From the NCBI GenBank assembly GCA_964581465.1, contig CAZOOP010000004.1, positions 7,459-71,458 of the forward strand: 64,000 bases of DNA, written 5' to 3'. Source of the stretch: an uncultured bacterium. GTDB lineage: Bacteria; RBG-13-66-14. The notes beneath the pieces are model-generated. The model was not told where the DNA came from. It did not search any database and worked only from the letters and a program-made list of their open reading frames with translations. Below, piece after piece: positions 48,053-57,843 of this stretch; position 1 is the stretch's first letter, and every line of letters begins with the position of its first letter. Both the position numbers and the translations under genes were made by a program.

Positions 48053-48511
48053 ATGCGCGCTGATGATCAAACCTGGATGGCCGAAGCCTTGGCCGAGGCC
48101 CGGGCGGCCGCCGCCGCAGGCGAGGCGCCCATCGGCGCCGTGGTGGTCTTCGAGAACTCCATAGTCGGCCGGGGACGCAACGCCGTCGAGGCCCGTCGCG
48201 ATCCCACCGCCCACGCCGAGATCCTGGCCCTGCGCGACGCCGCGCGGACCCTGAACCGCTGGCGGCTCTCCGGCTGCGCCCTCTACGTCACCCTCGAACC
48301 CTGCGCGATGTGCTTGGGCGCTTGCTACACCGCCCGCCTCGAGCGCTTGGTCTTCGGGGCCGGCTCACCCAAGTTCGGCGCCCTGGGCTCCGCCGTTTCG
48401 CTGACCGGCGTCGAGGGGCTCAACCATCGCCTCGAAACAACCGGCGGCGTCCTCGAAAGGGATTGCCGGGAACTGCTGAAGGTGTTCTTCGAAAGATTGC
48501 GCGAGAAGTAG
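48053..48511 (+). CDS. tadA: tRNA adenosine(34) deaminase
   Basis: Zinc motifs are HAEILALRDA and PCAMCLGA. About 150 aa from ATG 48053. Confidence 0.92.
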   Translation: MRADDQTWMAEALAEARAAAAAGEAPIGAVVVFENSIVGRGRNAVEARRDPTAHAEILALRDAARTLNRWRLSGCALYVTLEPCAMCLGACYTARLERLVFGAGSPKFGALGSAVSLTGVEGLNHRLETTGGVLERDCRELLKVFFERLREK

Positions 48512-49035
48512 TGCAAGGCAGCATGCAATCTGAGCGGAACGGCGGCTGTTGGGGAGCGGTTGGCCGGAGCGCAACGCCACCCGGGAAGTGCCCGCCCGTG
48601 GTAGAGCGCGCGCCGCGAACACCCTTGCTGACCGTCAGAAAGTCACTTACAGGCCAAGAAATGGTTGCCCTCAGGTATGGATCGAGGAATGCCGGTAGCG
48701 GACCATATCCCCCAGCTCGCGCTTCCCTTTCCCGCCACTTTTCCCTAACCGTTTCATGACAGACACCTGTCGTGCGGCAGGTGCATTAAAAGCGGGATAC
48801 GATAATGAAACGGCCCGAACGGGTTATGCGATGTCTCGTGCGCATCAGAAGTTCGGGGCTATCTCCGGCACCCCCGGAGAGCTCATCGAAGCTTGAACGG
48901 TGGGAGATACACCGGGAGCGACATTGCTGCGGCACCGCCCGCCTCGATGCGCCGGGGGACCGCTGTTGATCGCCGCCTGCAACCCTGACGAGGTCTTCGG
49001 TTAGTGAGGGGGATTATGTTCAATGGGAGGACCGT

Positions 49036-49812
49036 GTGGGACTGATCGAGACTAAGCCCGCCGCCCTGGCCCATCTGGGCGAGGTCTGGCGCGAGAGCTT
49101 CGTCATCAAATCCTGGGAGACCGACGCCCGGCGACGCACCCCGGCGCCCCACCTCTTCCGCCTGATGCAGGAGACCGCCTGGCGCCACGCCGAGTGGCTG
49201 CGCATGGGCACCAGCGACTTCACCCGCCAGGGCCTGGGCTGGATCCTCAGCCGCGCCCTCTTCCAGGCCGCCGAATACCCCCGCTGGCGGCAGACCGTCC
49301 ACGTCCATACCTGGATGACTGCCCGCGAGAAGCTGCTCTTCCATCGCGACTTCTGGCTCTGCCTGCCCGACGGAACCGAGGTCGCCCGAGCCTCCTCGGT
49401 CTGGTTCGCCATCGACGCCGCCCGTCGCCGGCCCCGGCGCACCGCCGACTACTCCTCCCACCTCGAGGTCCCCGAGTACCCCACCATCACCGGCCGCCGA
49501 CCCGCCAGGCTCGACCCCCCCGCCGCCGCCGAACCCGCCGCGCGCTTCCGCGTGCGCTACCACGACCTGGACTCCAACGGCCACCTCACCAGCACCCGCT
49601 ACCTGGACTTCCTCCTCGACGCCTTCCCCGCCGAGCTGCAACGGCGGTGCTCCCCGCGCGAGCTGACAATCAACTACCAGGCCGAGGCCCTGCTGGGTGA
49701 AGAGCTGGCCGTGGTGCTCGAGGATCTCGGCGAAGGCCGCCACCGCTGCGCATTGAAAAAACAGGCCCCCGCGAACACGGAGGCCTGTTTAGTTGAGCTG
49801 GAGTGGGGTTAG
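49036..49812 (+). CDS. Acyl-ACP thioesterase family protein
   Basis: Double hot-dog layout. N-terminal VWRESFVIKSWETDARRRTPAPHLFRLMQETAWRHAEWL, second-half VRYHDLDSNGHL. Confidence 0.8.
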   Translation: MGLIETKPAALAHLGEVWRESFVIKSWETDARRRTPAPHLFRLMQETAWRHAEWLRMGTSDFTRQGLGWILSRALFQAAEYPRWRQTVHVHTWMTAREKLLFHRDFWLCLPDGTEVARASSVWFAIDAARRRPRRTADYSSHLEVPEYPTITGRRPARLDPPAAAEPAARFRVRYHDLDSNGHLTSTRYLDFLLDAFPAELQRRCSPRELTINYQAEALLGEELAVVLEDLGEGRHRCALKKQAPANTEACLVELEWG

Positions 49813-50555
49813 GGAGTGAAAGCTAATTGTGCAGCATGATCTTCCAACGCTTGCGGCATCCCGCTGTAGGTCCGACCGTCGAGCAGGCGGCCGGACTTCT
49901 TTTTGCTCATACCGCCCCATTGCTTGAAGAAAAAGGCGGAGCCAGTTTGTTGGCACTTCTCACGAACCTGATAAACCCATTCCTTCCCCATTGGCCGCGA
50001 TCCGGGACCAGATTCGCCGCCAACAATCACCCAATCTATCTCGGTCAAATCAAGATTATCGACGGGGTCGAGCAGAGGTTCCAGGCTGAGGAAGCGTACC
50101 CGGGCCGGGATTTTCTTTAAATAGTCAGCGCGTTGACAGTACTCGTCGCCCTCGATAGTGACACCCATCCAGATGTTGTCGGTACAGTTCAATAACGGTA
50201 CAAGTTCGGCCATCCTCTTGGCTCGTTTCGTTAGTACTTGGAAGATATGACGCGGAGTCTGGTTCATCACCTGGAAAACACTCTTGATAAAAGCAAAAGG
50301 GACGTCCTCGTGGAAGAGATCGCCCATCGAACAGGTGAAGATGACATGGGGTTTCTTCCAGGCGCAGGGCCGGTTGAGCTCGTCCTGATGGACCGTCACC
50401 CGGAAGCCGTTACGATACTTTTCCTGCCCCATAGCCTGTAGGCGCTTGGCCAAGCGTTCGGCGTAGCAGTGCTCGCAGCCTCGGCTGATCCGGGTGCAGC
50501 CGGTTACCGGGTTCCAGGTGGCACTGGTCCACTCGATGTGTGAGTTTTCAGCCAT
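49809..50555 (-). CDS. Gp37/Gp68-family (DUF5131) three-Cys-motif protein
   Basis: Starts MAENSHIEWTSATWNPVTGCTRISRGCEHCYAE. Later motifs are FLSLEPLL and IDWVIVGGESG. Its ATG overlaps the upstream stop (TGATG). Confidence 0.85.
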   Translation of the reverse strand: MAENSHIEWTSATWNPVTGCTRISRGCEHCYAERLAKRLQAMGQEKYRNGFRVTVHQDELNRPCAWKKPHVIFTCSMGDLFHEDVPFAFIKSVFQVMNQTPRHIFQVLTKRAKRMAELVPLLNCTDNIWMGVTIEGDEYCQRADYLKKIPARVRFLSLEPLLDPVDNLDLTEIDWVIVGGESGPGSRPMGKEWVYQVREKCQQTGSAFFFKQWGGMSKKKSGRLLDGRTYSGMPQALEDHAAQLAFTP

Positions 50556-51367
50556 CAGTAACGCCTTTTCTTAAAGATATCTGTAATGATTTTGCCTGCA
50601 ACATCAACTGGAGAGGCAAAAAATAAGTAATAAATAACAGCTCCCCTACTATTAAGCATAGGTTTTGGGGATGGTACCTTTTTAAAACCAGCTATATTTT
50701 TTAATCTTTCGCGAAATTCTTTTACAATTACTTCCGTTTTCTTTTTAGTTTTATATTCATCAACAATAAATGTTTGTTGTGAAGTGTCATATAAAACATC
50801 AAGCCAGGTATCATCACCCCCGGCTCTATTCATTCTTTCTTTTTTGTCTTCGGGTAAACGGTTCGGATTAATCCATAATGCATTTCTATGAATATCCATC
50901 ACAGGAAAATGAATAAATAACTCTATTGCTTTTTGTTTTCCCGCTAACTCAATTACTTCCCATTCGATATCTAAGCCATACGGATCTAGTACACATAGTG
51001 CTCTGTGGCCTGAGTTATAATTTATTTTAGGAAATATTTCTTTTAAGATATCATTGCAGTTACCCTGTTTGATAACTACATCGTCTCGTATTCCTATAAT
51101 ATCTTGTAAATGATCAACCTTATCGCTTTTCAAATCTATGAATAAATAACGATCGAATGGAGGTACTATATCCAGTGCATGTAATGGACTGCCCTTAACA
51201 AAACTTCCATCGCTTCGTTTGATGTGCATACCAGCGCCAGCAAATGCGTCAATATAATACTTACTAAAGCCTTTTTTGTTTAGTATTGTTGTATATACAT
51301 GTGCATACTCTTTTATTATATCATGTTTTGTTATCGTCCAATTGCTAACTTCATCGAATTCTAGCAT
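50555..51367 (-). CDS. TcmP-like (three-Cys-motif partner) protein with a methyltransferase-like fold
   Basis: AGGAGGAGG lies before ATG 51367. Contains YIDAFAGAG (a DxFxGxG-like motif I) and VLDPYG. It is strongly AT-rich relative to the genome. Confidence 0.8.
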   Translation of the reverse strand: MLEFDEVSNWTITKHDIIKEYAHVYTTILNKKGFSKYYIDAFAGAGMHIKRSDGSFVKGSPLHALDIVPPFDRYLFIDLKSDKVDHLQDIIGIRDDVVIKQGNCNDILKEIFPKINYNSGHRALCVLDPYGLDIEWEVIELAGKQKAIELFIHFPVMDIHRNALWINPNRLPEDKKERMNRAGGDDTWLDVLYDTSQQTFIVDEYKTKKKTEVIVKEFRERLKNIAGFKKVPSPKPMLNSRGAVIYYLFFASPVDVAGKIITDIFKKRRY

Positions 51368-51406
51368 ATTCCTCCTCCTACTCAAGTCTATCTCGTCCCT
51401 ATGACA

Positions 51407-54259
51407 TCAAAACTCCCATGCAATTGAAAAGTGGAATTTGGCGTCCTCGAAGTCCCGGCCGTTCCACGGCCAGGCCCAGTCGAAGCGCAGCGGCAGCCCC
51501 AGCGAATCCCAGCGCAGACCCATCCCGATCGAGGCCTTGAGGTCGACGAAGTGGAAGTTGGGCTCGTTGGTCCAGAGTTGGAGGTTGGTGAAGTCGATCT
51601 CGCGGTCGATGTTGTCCCAGGCCAACCCGGCGTCGATGAAGCCCACGCCGCGGAAGTTCCCCAGGATGAAGCCGGGCAGGAAGCCGAAGTCGATGCGGTC
51701 GACCAGGGGCAGACGCAGCTCGAGGTTGGCGAAGGCGACGTTGTTGCCGACGAACTCGGTGTAGTCGTAGCCGCGCAGGTCGAGGGCGCCGCCGAGGTAG
51801 GTGTCGGGGTCGTAGGGGTCGCCCCCGAAGCCGAAGCCGGAGTAGACGCGCAGGGCGAAGCCGGCGGTGCTGTAGAGGTTGAGGTAGCCGCGGAAGTCCA
51901 GGGAGAGATAGTTGTACTCCCAGTCCGAGCCCATGAATGCGCTGGGGCGCTGGTAGCCCAGGTTGAGCCGGATGCCGCGCACGGGGAAGGTGTAGTACCA
52001 CTCGGTGCTGTCGAAGACCAGGCTGGCGCCGGGACCGATGACGCTGCGGTAATCGGCGAAGATCGAGCCGTCGTAGAAGTAGTATTGGCGGCCTTGCTCG
52101 TAGCCGGTGATGTTGGCGTCGACGCGCAGCTCCTCGGTGAAGGGGTAGCTGAAGGTCAGTTGGCCGCCGGAGAGGCGCTCCCAGAAGTAGCCGTCGGGGA
52201 AGAGGTAGTAGTCCTTCCAGGTGAAGGCCCGAGCGCCGTAGGTCGGCCGGTGCTTCATCCAGTAGTAGGCGACGTCGAGGTCGAGATCGTCCAGGCTGGA
52301 AACGCTGGTCAGGCCGAACTGGACGAAGAGGCGGTGGTCGCCCAGGGTGTCGGAGCCGATGATCAGGCCCAGGGCGCGGAAGGCGCCGCCGGTGGTGTAC
52401 TCGGCCTGGGCCATCCCGGCGTCTATCTCGAGGTCGTACTCCCAGGGCTCGAGGGTGCCGATCTTGGAGAGGTCGCCGACCTCGAAGCCGGTGCGGATGG
52501 GCGGGTCGTAGTAGCCCTCGAGGGCCAGGGAGTCCAGGGCGGCGTCGAAGGGTTCGTCGACGGCGAGGTCGAGGTCCATGATGTGGACCTGGTGGGTCAT
52601 CTGCTGGTAGGAGTTGAAGGCGATCTGCGTTCCGTCGGCGGCGACGTCGGGGTTGTAGACGTCGCGCAGGGAGTCGGTGAGCTGGACGATCGAGCCGTCG
52701 CGGCGGTCGAAACAGAAGATGTTCGAGGGGCCGACGCGGTCGGAGCTGAAGACGATGCGCTCGCCGTCGGGGTGGTAATCGGGGTAGCGGTCCTCGTTGG
52801 GTCCGGCGGTCAGCACAGTTGTTTCGCCGCTGTCGAGGTCGAGCTCGGCCAGGTGGACGCCGTCTTCCTCTTCGAGGGCGAAGGCCAGGCGTTCGCCGTC
52901 GGGGGAGGCCACGGGGTGGGCCTCGAGGTGGGGCGAGTCGGTCAGGCGTTCGAGGGCGCCGGTGCCGGTGTCCAGGCTGAAGATGTCCACGATGCCGGCG
53001 AGCTGGGCGGTCAGGTAGAGCTCTTCGCCGTCGGCGGAGAAGCAGAGGCCGTCGATGGTGTCCAGGTTCAGTTCGTCGAAGACCCGGTAGACCTCTCCGG
53101 TGACGACATCGATCAGGTAGATGCCCTGCCAGCGGTCGTCCTTGGCTATCACGGCCAGGGTGTCGCCGGCGGGGTCGAAGGCCACGCTGCGCGCCGAGGG
53201 ACTCAAGTAGTCGAAATCCCCCGTCGAGGTCAGTCGGGCGAACTGGCGTCCCTCCTTGGCGTCCAGCAGGTAGAGGTGGGCGCCGCGGTCCAGATTGGCG
53301 ATCACGGCCACCAAGTCCCCCGAGGGGGACAGACGTGGGCCGAGGAAGCTGTGGTACTCGTCGCCGCCGTCGGTGATTCGCCGGCTGAAATCCTCGGGGC
53401 GGCGGCCCTCGACCAGGTCGACCCAGAAGCGGCGCTTGAGGTGGATCGTCCACTCCTCGGTGAACTCGTCGAGGTCCTTGTCGATGACCTGCTCGAGGGC
53501 TTCGGAGACGCTGCGGCTGTCGGTGCGCGCGACGGCCCTGATCAGCTCGGGCAGCTTGTCCTCGCCGTAGCGCTCGACGAAGAAATCCACGGCGCTGTGG
53601 CCTTCCTTGTAGGCCAGGTAGAGCAGATAACCCGGGATGTAGGCGCCGTTGCGAAAGTACTCCAGCGGGACGATGTTGTCGGAGAGCACCGCGTCGCGCA
53701 GCACCATGCGGGCGTCGGTGTCCCACTGTCGGGCCTCGTGGGAGGGCAGGCCCTCCATGAACCAGAAGTCCGGCGTGCCGATCTGGTTGGAGAGCAGCTC
53801 GCCGGTGACGTCGCGGAAGAAGCTGTAGAAGTTGAAGACATGGGTCAGCTCGTGGACGATGACCTCGTACATCAAGGGCTGGGAGCCCTCGTAGGGGATG
53901 ACGATGCGGTTGCGCAGCGGTTCGGAGAAACCACCCACACCCTCGGGAAGGTAGCTAAGCGTGATGTTGGTCTGGCGGAAGTCGCGCTGGGAGTTGTAGA
54001 GGATGAAGGGGATCCGGTCGGTGGGCTCGTTGCCCAGGTCCTCGCGCAACTGCTTCCAGGCGGCCTCGGCCATCTCGGCCACCACGCCGACGACCTCCTC
54101 GCCGTCACCGTAGAAGTAGACGTCGAAGTGCTCCGTGGCCAGGATACGCCAGTGCATCTCGGTGTCGCGCACCTTGTTCGAGCCGAAGGCCCCGTACTGG
54201 GCGAGGGAGGCGACGGCTGGAATCATCAGCAGGATGACTGCGCGGTGTGTCGTTTTCAC
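51407..54259 (-). CDS. Outer-membrane fusion protein: HExxH peptidase-like + PD40/TolB-like beta-propeller + Omp85 barrel (paralog of 28338-31112)
   Basis: Signal MKTTHRAVILLMIPAVASLA, then VHELTHVF. PD40-like blades (YPDYHPDGERIVFSSDR). Omp85 C-terminus LRGYDY...FIDAGLAW...FHFSIAWEF. Confidence 0.85.
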   Translation of the reverse strand: MKTTHRAVILLMIPAVASLAQYGAFGSNKVRDTEMHWRILATEHFDVYFYGDGEEVVGVVAEMAEAAWKQLREDLGNEPTDRIPFILYNSQRDFRQTNITLSYLPEGVGGFSEPLRNRIVIPYEGSQPLMYEVIVHELTHVFNFYSFFRDVTGELLSNQIGTPDFWFMEGLPSHEARQWDTDARMVLRDAVLSDNIVPLEYFRNGAYIPGYLLYLAYKEGHSAVDFFVERYGEDKLPELIRAVARTDSRSVSEALEQVIDKDLDEFTEEWTIHLKRRFWVDLVEGRRPEDFSRRITDGGDEYHSFLGPRLSPSGDLVAVIANLDRGAHLYLLDAKEGRQFARLTSTGDFDYLSPSARSVAFDPAGDTLAVIAKDDRWQGIYLIDVVTGEVYRVFDELNLDTIDGLCFSADGEELYLTAQLAGIVDIFSLDTGTGALERLTDSPHLEAHPVASPDGERLAFALEEEDGVHLAELDLDSGETTVLTAGPNEDRYPDYHPDGERIVFSSDRVGPSNIFCFDRRDGSIVQLTDSLRDVYNPDVAADGTQIAFNSYQQMTHQVHIMDLDLAVDEPFDAALDSLALEGYYDPPIRTGFEVGDLSKIGTLEPWEYDLEIDAGMAQAEYTTGGAFRALGLIIGSDTLGDHRLFVQFGLTSVSSLDDLDLDVAYYWMKHRPTYGARAFTWKDYYLFPDGYFWERLSGGQLTFSYPFTEELRVDANITGYEQGRQYYFYDGSIFADYRSVIGPGASLVFDSTEWYYTFPVRGIRLNLGYQRPSAFMGSDWEYNYLSLDFRGYLNLYSTAGFALRVYSGFGFGGDPYDPDTYLGGALDLRGYDYTEFVGNNVAFANLELRLPLVDRIDFGFLPGFILGNFRGVGFIDAGLAWDNIDREIDFTNLQLWTNEPNFHFVDLKASIGMGLRWDSLGLPLRFDWAWPWNGRDFEDAKFHFSIAWEF

Positions 54260-54306
54260 TGCACCTCACCTCCCGGTGGGTCCCCCGCCGAGTTGTCGAT
54301 TATCGG

Positions 54307-54493
54307 GCGAGACCTCGGCAAAACAGCGTCATGGCAATCGAACCGATCGAACGTTCGAGCGGGTAGGCGTTGGCACGTTTCTTGCAGCGGGGCGCGGACG
54401 CCCGTCGCCGCAACCCACGGCTACTTCCGCAAGAAACGTGCCAACGCCGGGCTTCTTGGGGTTGTCTTCTTGCGGGTTTTGCCGAGGTCTCGC
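54307..54493. repeat. Compound palindromic repeat, copy 6 (inner core 54366-54448)
   Basis: Inner arms are GGCGTTGGCACGTTTCTTGC / GCAAGAAACGTGCCAACGCC. Outer arms are a perfect pair, GCGAGACCTCGGCAAAAC / GTTTTGCCGAGGTCTCGC. Confidence 0.9.
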
Positions 54494-54522
54494 GGTCCGT
54501 CGCCGGTGTGGCGAGACGGTCC

Positions 54523-55275
54523 TCAGGGGATGATGTAGCGGTACTCGGAGACCAGGTGAGGTTGGAGGCCGTTCTTGACGTCGAGGGCCACCTCGTCGAG
54601 GAGGTTGTTGAAGATGGAGAGCAGCTCGCCCCGTCCCGGCGGTGTGCGGCTGGTCTGCTCGCGTTCGAGCTCGACGCCGTTGTTGCGTTTCCAGACCTGC
54701 TCGCCGGTGGCGGTGTCGTAGCCGCGCAGGGTGACGTCGAGGACGAAGAGCTCGTCGGTCTGGCGATCCATGGCCTCGTCGGAGCGGCCGAAGAGCATCG
54801 AGGGGCTGTCCTGCTCGTCGACATCGTAGCTTTCGGCCAGACGCTCGTGGTATTCGAGGCTGCCGTAGCGGCTGAATTCGACTTCGCCGGTGACCAGTAG
54901 CTCGGCGCCGGTGAGCTCGCCCAAGCGGCGCTGATGGTCCGGGTCAAGGAAGTCGAAGCCCTCGATCTGCTCCAGGGCGGCGCGTGTGCGTTCGAGGGGG
55001 ACGACCTCGAAGGTGCCGACGGTTTCGATTTCTTCGCGCAGGCGCCGGGCGGTCAGTTCGCCCAGCTCGAGCTCGCCGCCGCGGTAGGCCAGATCGAGGA
55101 CGACCAGGGTGCCGTAACGTCCGGGGTCGATCTCGCTGTCGGCCTGATGGCTGACCAGGACCCGGCTGCTCCGGTAGCAGCCTACCGTGGCGAGGGTTAG
55201 GATGAGGGCCGGGATCAGCGGAACGCTGAGAGCGATGCGGGTCGGGTGGCTTCTTTTATTCCGAGGTGTCGTCAT
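54523..55275 (-). CDS. Hypothetical lipoprotein (LpoB/CsgG-like fold is only a guess)
   Basis: Lipobox LTLATVGC. The start is set at ATG 55275, overlapping the upstream gene end. The longer track ORF has no support. Confidence 0.7.
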   Translation of the reverse strand: MTTPRNKRSHPTRIALSVPLIPALILTLATVGCYRSSRVLVSHQADSEIDPGRYGTLVVLDLAYRGGELELGELTARRLREEIETVGTFEVVPLERTRAALEQIEGFDFLDPDHQRRLGELTGAELLVTGEVEFSRYGSLEYHERLAESYDVDEQDSPSMLFGRSDEAMDRQTDELFVLDVTLRGYDTATGEQVWKRNNGVELEREQTSRTPPGRGELLSIFNNLLDEVALDVKNGLQPHLVSEYRYIIP

Positions 55276-55666
55276 CGGTATCACCCCCGTCCCAGGTTGC
55301 AGGCTCGTCGGTGCCGGTTTCTTTATCATTGAAAGCGTCGCGGTGGGTTTTGCCAAAGTCGAGGAGGTTCTCGCGGATATCCTCGGACCCGGGGGCCGCC
55401 TCGGCGGCCCGCTGGTAGAGTTCACGTGCGCGCTCGTAGTCGCCGAGGGCCTCGCTGGCCACGGCGATGTTGTTGAGCAGTCCGGGGTCGCCCGGGGAGA
55501 GTTCGAGGGCCTGTTCCCAGCGCAGCCGGGCCTCGTTCCAGAGTCCGAGGCGGGCGGCCCGGGCGGCGAAGCCGCGCAGTTCGTCCTCACCGGCGCGCTT
55601 GGGGCAGCCGGTGAACAACAGTATAACGACGAGTAAGACGCCGATGATGCTGGATCTGGTTTTCAT
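55256..55666 (-). CDS. TPR-repeat lipoprotein
   Basis: Lipobox LLFTGC. TPR-like helices (WNEARLRWEQALELSPGDP, LGDYERARELYQRAAEAAP). Confidence 0.8.
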   Translation of the reverse strand: MKTRSSIIGVLLVVILLFTGCPKRAGEDELRGFAARAARLGLWNEARLRWEQALELSPGDPGLLNNIAVASEALGDYERARELYQRAAEAAPGSEDIRENLLDFGKTHRDAFNDKETGTDEPATWDGGDTDDDTSE

Positions 55667-56517
55667 TTCCGCTGCCCGTCCTTTGTGCCTTGGAGCCGGC
55701 TGATTTCATCGGCGGCGACGTCGATCAGCTCGCCGTCTTCGAGTTTTATCGATACGGCGTTCTTGAGCGGCTCGATGCGCACCAGCCGACCGCGGCGGCC
55801 GTCGCTGAGCTGTACGCGGCTGCCGCGCCGGGGCAGGTTGCGGCGCGCCTGGCGGTAGAACTCGTGTTCGTAGGCCAGGCAGCACATCAGCCGGCCGCAG
55901 AGTCCGGAGATGCGGTTGGGGTTGAGGACCAGGTCCTGCTGCTTGGCCATTTTGATGGTCACCGGTTCGAAGCCCCGCATCCAACTGCTGCAACACAGGG
56001 GCCGGCCGCAGGAGGCGTAACCGCCCAGGCGGCGGGCTTCGTCGCGCACACCGATCTGTTGCATCACAATGCGCGTGCCCAGTCGGCGGGCCAGCATGGC
56101 CACCAGGCGGCGATAGTCGACTTTCTTGGGCGTTGTGAAGAAGAAAGTGACCGCTTCACCATCCACGGCCGCGCTGATATCGACGAGTTTGAGCGGCAGG
56201 TCGCCGCGCAGCTCCAGGAACAGGCGCTTGGCCCGCCGCTCGAGATGGGCGGCGTGGGCCAGGCGGCAGTAGTCGTCACCCCGCGCCCGGCCGATTACCC
56301 GGCAGGGTAGGTGGTAGCGGGTTTTCTCGTCGATGGGGAAGTCCAGCCGGCTGACTTCGACGAAGTGCAGGGATCCGTCGTGGATCACCTTGTAGCATTG
56401 GCCCACGGCGGCGTCGGCGTCGGGGCAGCAGCCGACCAAACGCAGGTGCTCCTCGCGCAGGACGAACTCCAGGTAGCGGGGTCGACGCTCGTTATGGGTT
56501 GGGTCGGGTGTGTTCAT
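55663..56517 (-). CDS. PSP1 C-terminal domain protein (YaaT/RicT-like)
   Basis: Contains MQQIGVRDEARRLGGYASCGRPLCCSSWMRGFEPVTIKMAKQQDL and GLCGRLMCCLAYE. The start is set at ATG 56517. Confidence 0.88.
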   Translation of the reverse strand: MNTPDPTHNERRPRYLEFVLREEHLRLVGCCPDADAAVGQCYKVIHDGSLHFVEVSRLDFPIDEKTRYHLPCRVIGRARGDDYCRLAHAAHLERRAKRLFLELRGDLPLKLVDISAAVDGEAVTFFFTTPKKVDYRRLVAMLARRLGTRIVMQQIGVRDEARRLGGYASCGRPLCCSSWMRGFEPVTIKMAKQQDLVLNPNRISGLCGRLMCCLAYEHEFYRQARRNLPRRGSRVQLSDGRRGRLVRIEPLKNAVSIKLEDGELIDVAADEISRLQGTKDGQRK

Positions 56518-56737
56518 CTGCCTCGGTCGGCTGTCTGGCATTGCGGGTTGCTTTCGAACTGGATCAAGTAGAAGGCTATGATGGCGGGCGGCCGATCCTA
56601 AAGACCCGTGCAAGCTCCTGGTTTTCTGTTGTGGTCAACAGGCTCGAGCCCCGGACCGGCCTCGACCCCCGCAAATAATACACTGATTTTCCGGAGAATT
56701 AGTTTCATTCTTTTCAGGGTTTGAGCGTCGCGGCTGA

Positions 56738-57646
56738 TCAGCCTTCTCTGGAAGAGCTCAGGGTCAAGCCGCCCAGCACGGTCTCCAGGGTGAGTTGGAG
56801 GTGGGCGTTGGCGGCCACCAGCCGGGTGGCGCGGATCAACTCGGCGGCCGCCGCGGCGGACCAGTCGCCGTCCTCGTTACTGGCCAGCCGGGCCGTCTCC
56901 TCCAGCAGGCGTCGCGCGGATTCACGGTCCCGAACCTCGCCGCAGGCGGCGTAGACCCTGAGCAGTCTGCCCGCCCGGACCTGCTCCCAGATGGCGGCCG
57001 CCGCCGCCAGAGTCTGGTCGTCCTCGGCCAGCTCCCTGGCCCGGGTCAGAGAGCCCTCGGCCCGTTCGGCCGCCGTCGCGGCCCCTTCGGCGTCCAGGCC
57101 CTCGTCGACCAAGGCCGCCGTGATCTCCTCCCGGGAGAGCGCCCGGCAGGCGATGAGCTGGCAGCGGCTGGTGATCGTCTGCAGCAGGGACTCCGGGGAG
57201 TCCGTGGTCAGCAGCAGCACCGCGCCCGTCGGCGGGGCCTCGAGGGTTTTCAACAGCGCGTTTTGGGCCTGAGGGGTCAGGCGTTCCGCCCGGGGGATCA
57301 ACGCGATCTTTCCCAGACCCTCGACGGGCTTGCGCGACAGGGACTGGATCAGCCCACGCACCTCTTCGATTTTAAGATGCGCCTCGTCGGTCTCCAGGGC
57401 GAGGAAGTCGCCGTAGTTGCCCGAGTCGAAGCGTCGGCAGCTCGGGCAATCGCCGCAGCCCGTCCGTTCGGCGCAGGCCAGTGCGCGGGCGAAATCCCGC
57501 GCCAGGGCGGCCTTGCCCACACCAGCGGGGCCGTGGAGCAGGTAGGCGTGCCCCAGACGGTCGCCTGTCAGGATGCGCCCCAGCAAACGACGGGCCGTCG
57601 ATTGACCCCGGGCGCTGCTCTTGAAGGCTGTGTCCATGTGAATCAT
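56738..57646 (-). CDS. holB: DNA polymerase III subunit delta-prime
   Basis: Contains HAYLLHGPAGVGKAALARDFARALAC, a Zn module CGDCPSCRRF, and SRCQ. Confidence 0.9.
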   Translation of the reverse strand: MIHMDTAFKSSARGQSTARRLLGRILTGDRLGHAYLLHGPAGVGKAALARDFARALACAERTGCGDCPSCRRFDSGNYGDFLALETDEAHLKIEEVRGLIQSLSRKPVEGLGKIALIPRAERLTPQAQNALLKTLEAPPTGAVLLLTTDSPESLLQTITSRCQLIACRALSREEITAALVDEGLDAEGAATAAERAEGSLTRARELAEDDQTLAAAAAIWEQVRAGRLLRVYAACGEVRDRESARRLLEETARLASNEDGDWSAAAAAELIRATRLVAANAHLQLTLETVLGGLTLSSSREG

Positions 57647-57664
57647 ATCCTTGGGCTGTACCCT

Positions 57665-57843
57665 GCGGGACCTTTGCTTGACCGTTTCAGGCTCCTAACC
57701 CCGTCGGCCGTCGCGGGGGTGCGCGTTGGCACATTTCTTGCGCAATCCGACGCGCCCTGAACCAGGCGGCTTCCCGCCCCGCTGCAAGAAATGTGCCAAC
57801 GCCGGTCCGGTGCGGGCGCCTCGTCGATGAAGCAAAGGTCCCG
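57665..57843. repeat. Compound palindromic repeat, copy 7 (inner core 57723-57803)
   Basis: Inner arms are GCGTTGGCACATTTCTTGC / GCAAGAAATGTGCCAACGC, with the G-to-A change compensated. Outer arms are GCGGGACCTTTGCTT / AAGCAAAGGTCCCGC. Confidence 0.9.

Noticed and set aside
48512-49035. Expected an SRP (4.5S) RNA after tadA, as in some Gram-positive gene orders. CAGGTATGGATCGAGGAATGCCGGTAGCGG vaguely resembles the domain IV motif.
   Set aside because: The conserved GGAA tetraloop and AGCA symmetric-loop arrangement is not reproduced, and no convincing helix 8 could be drawn by eye. An Infernal search is needed before any call.
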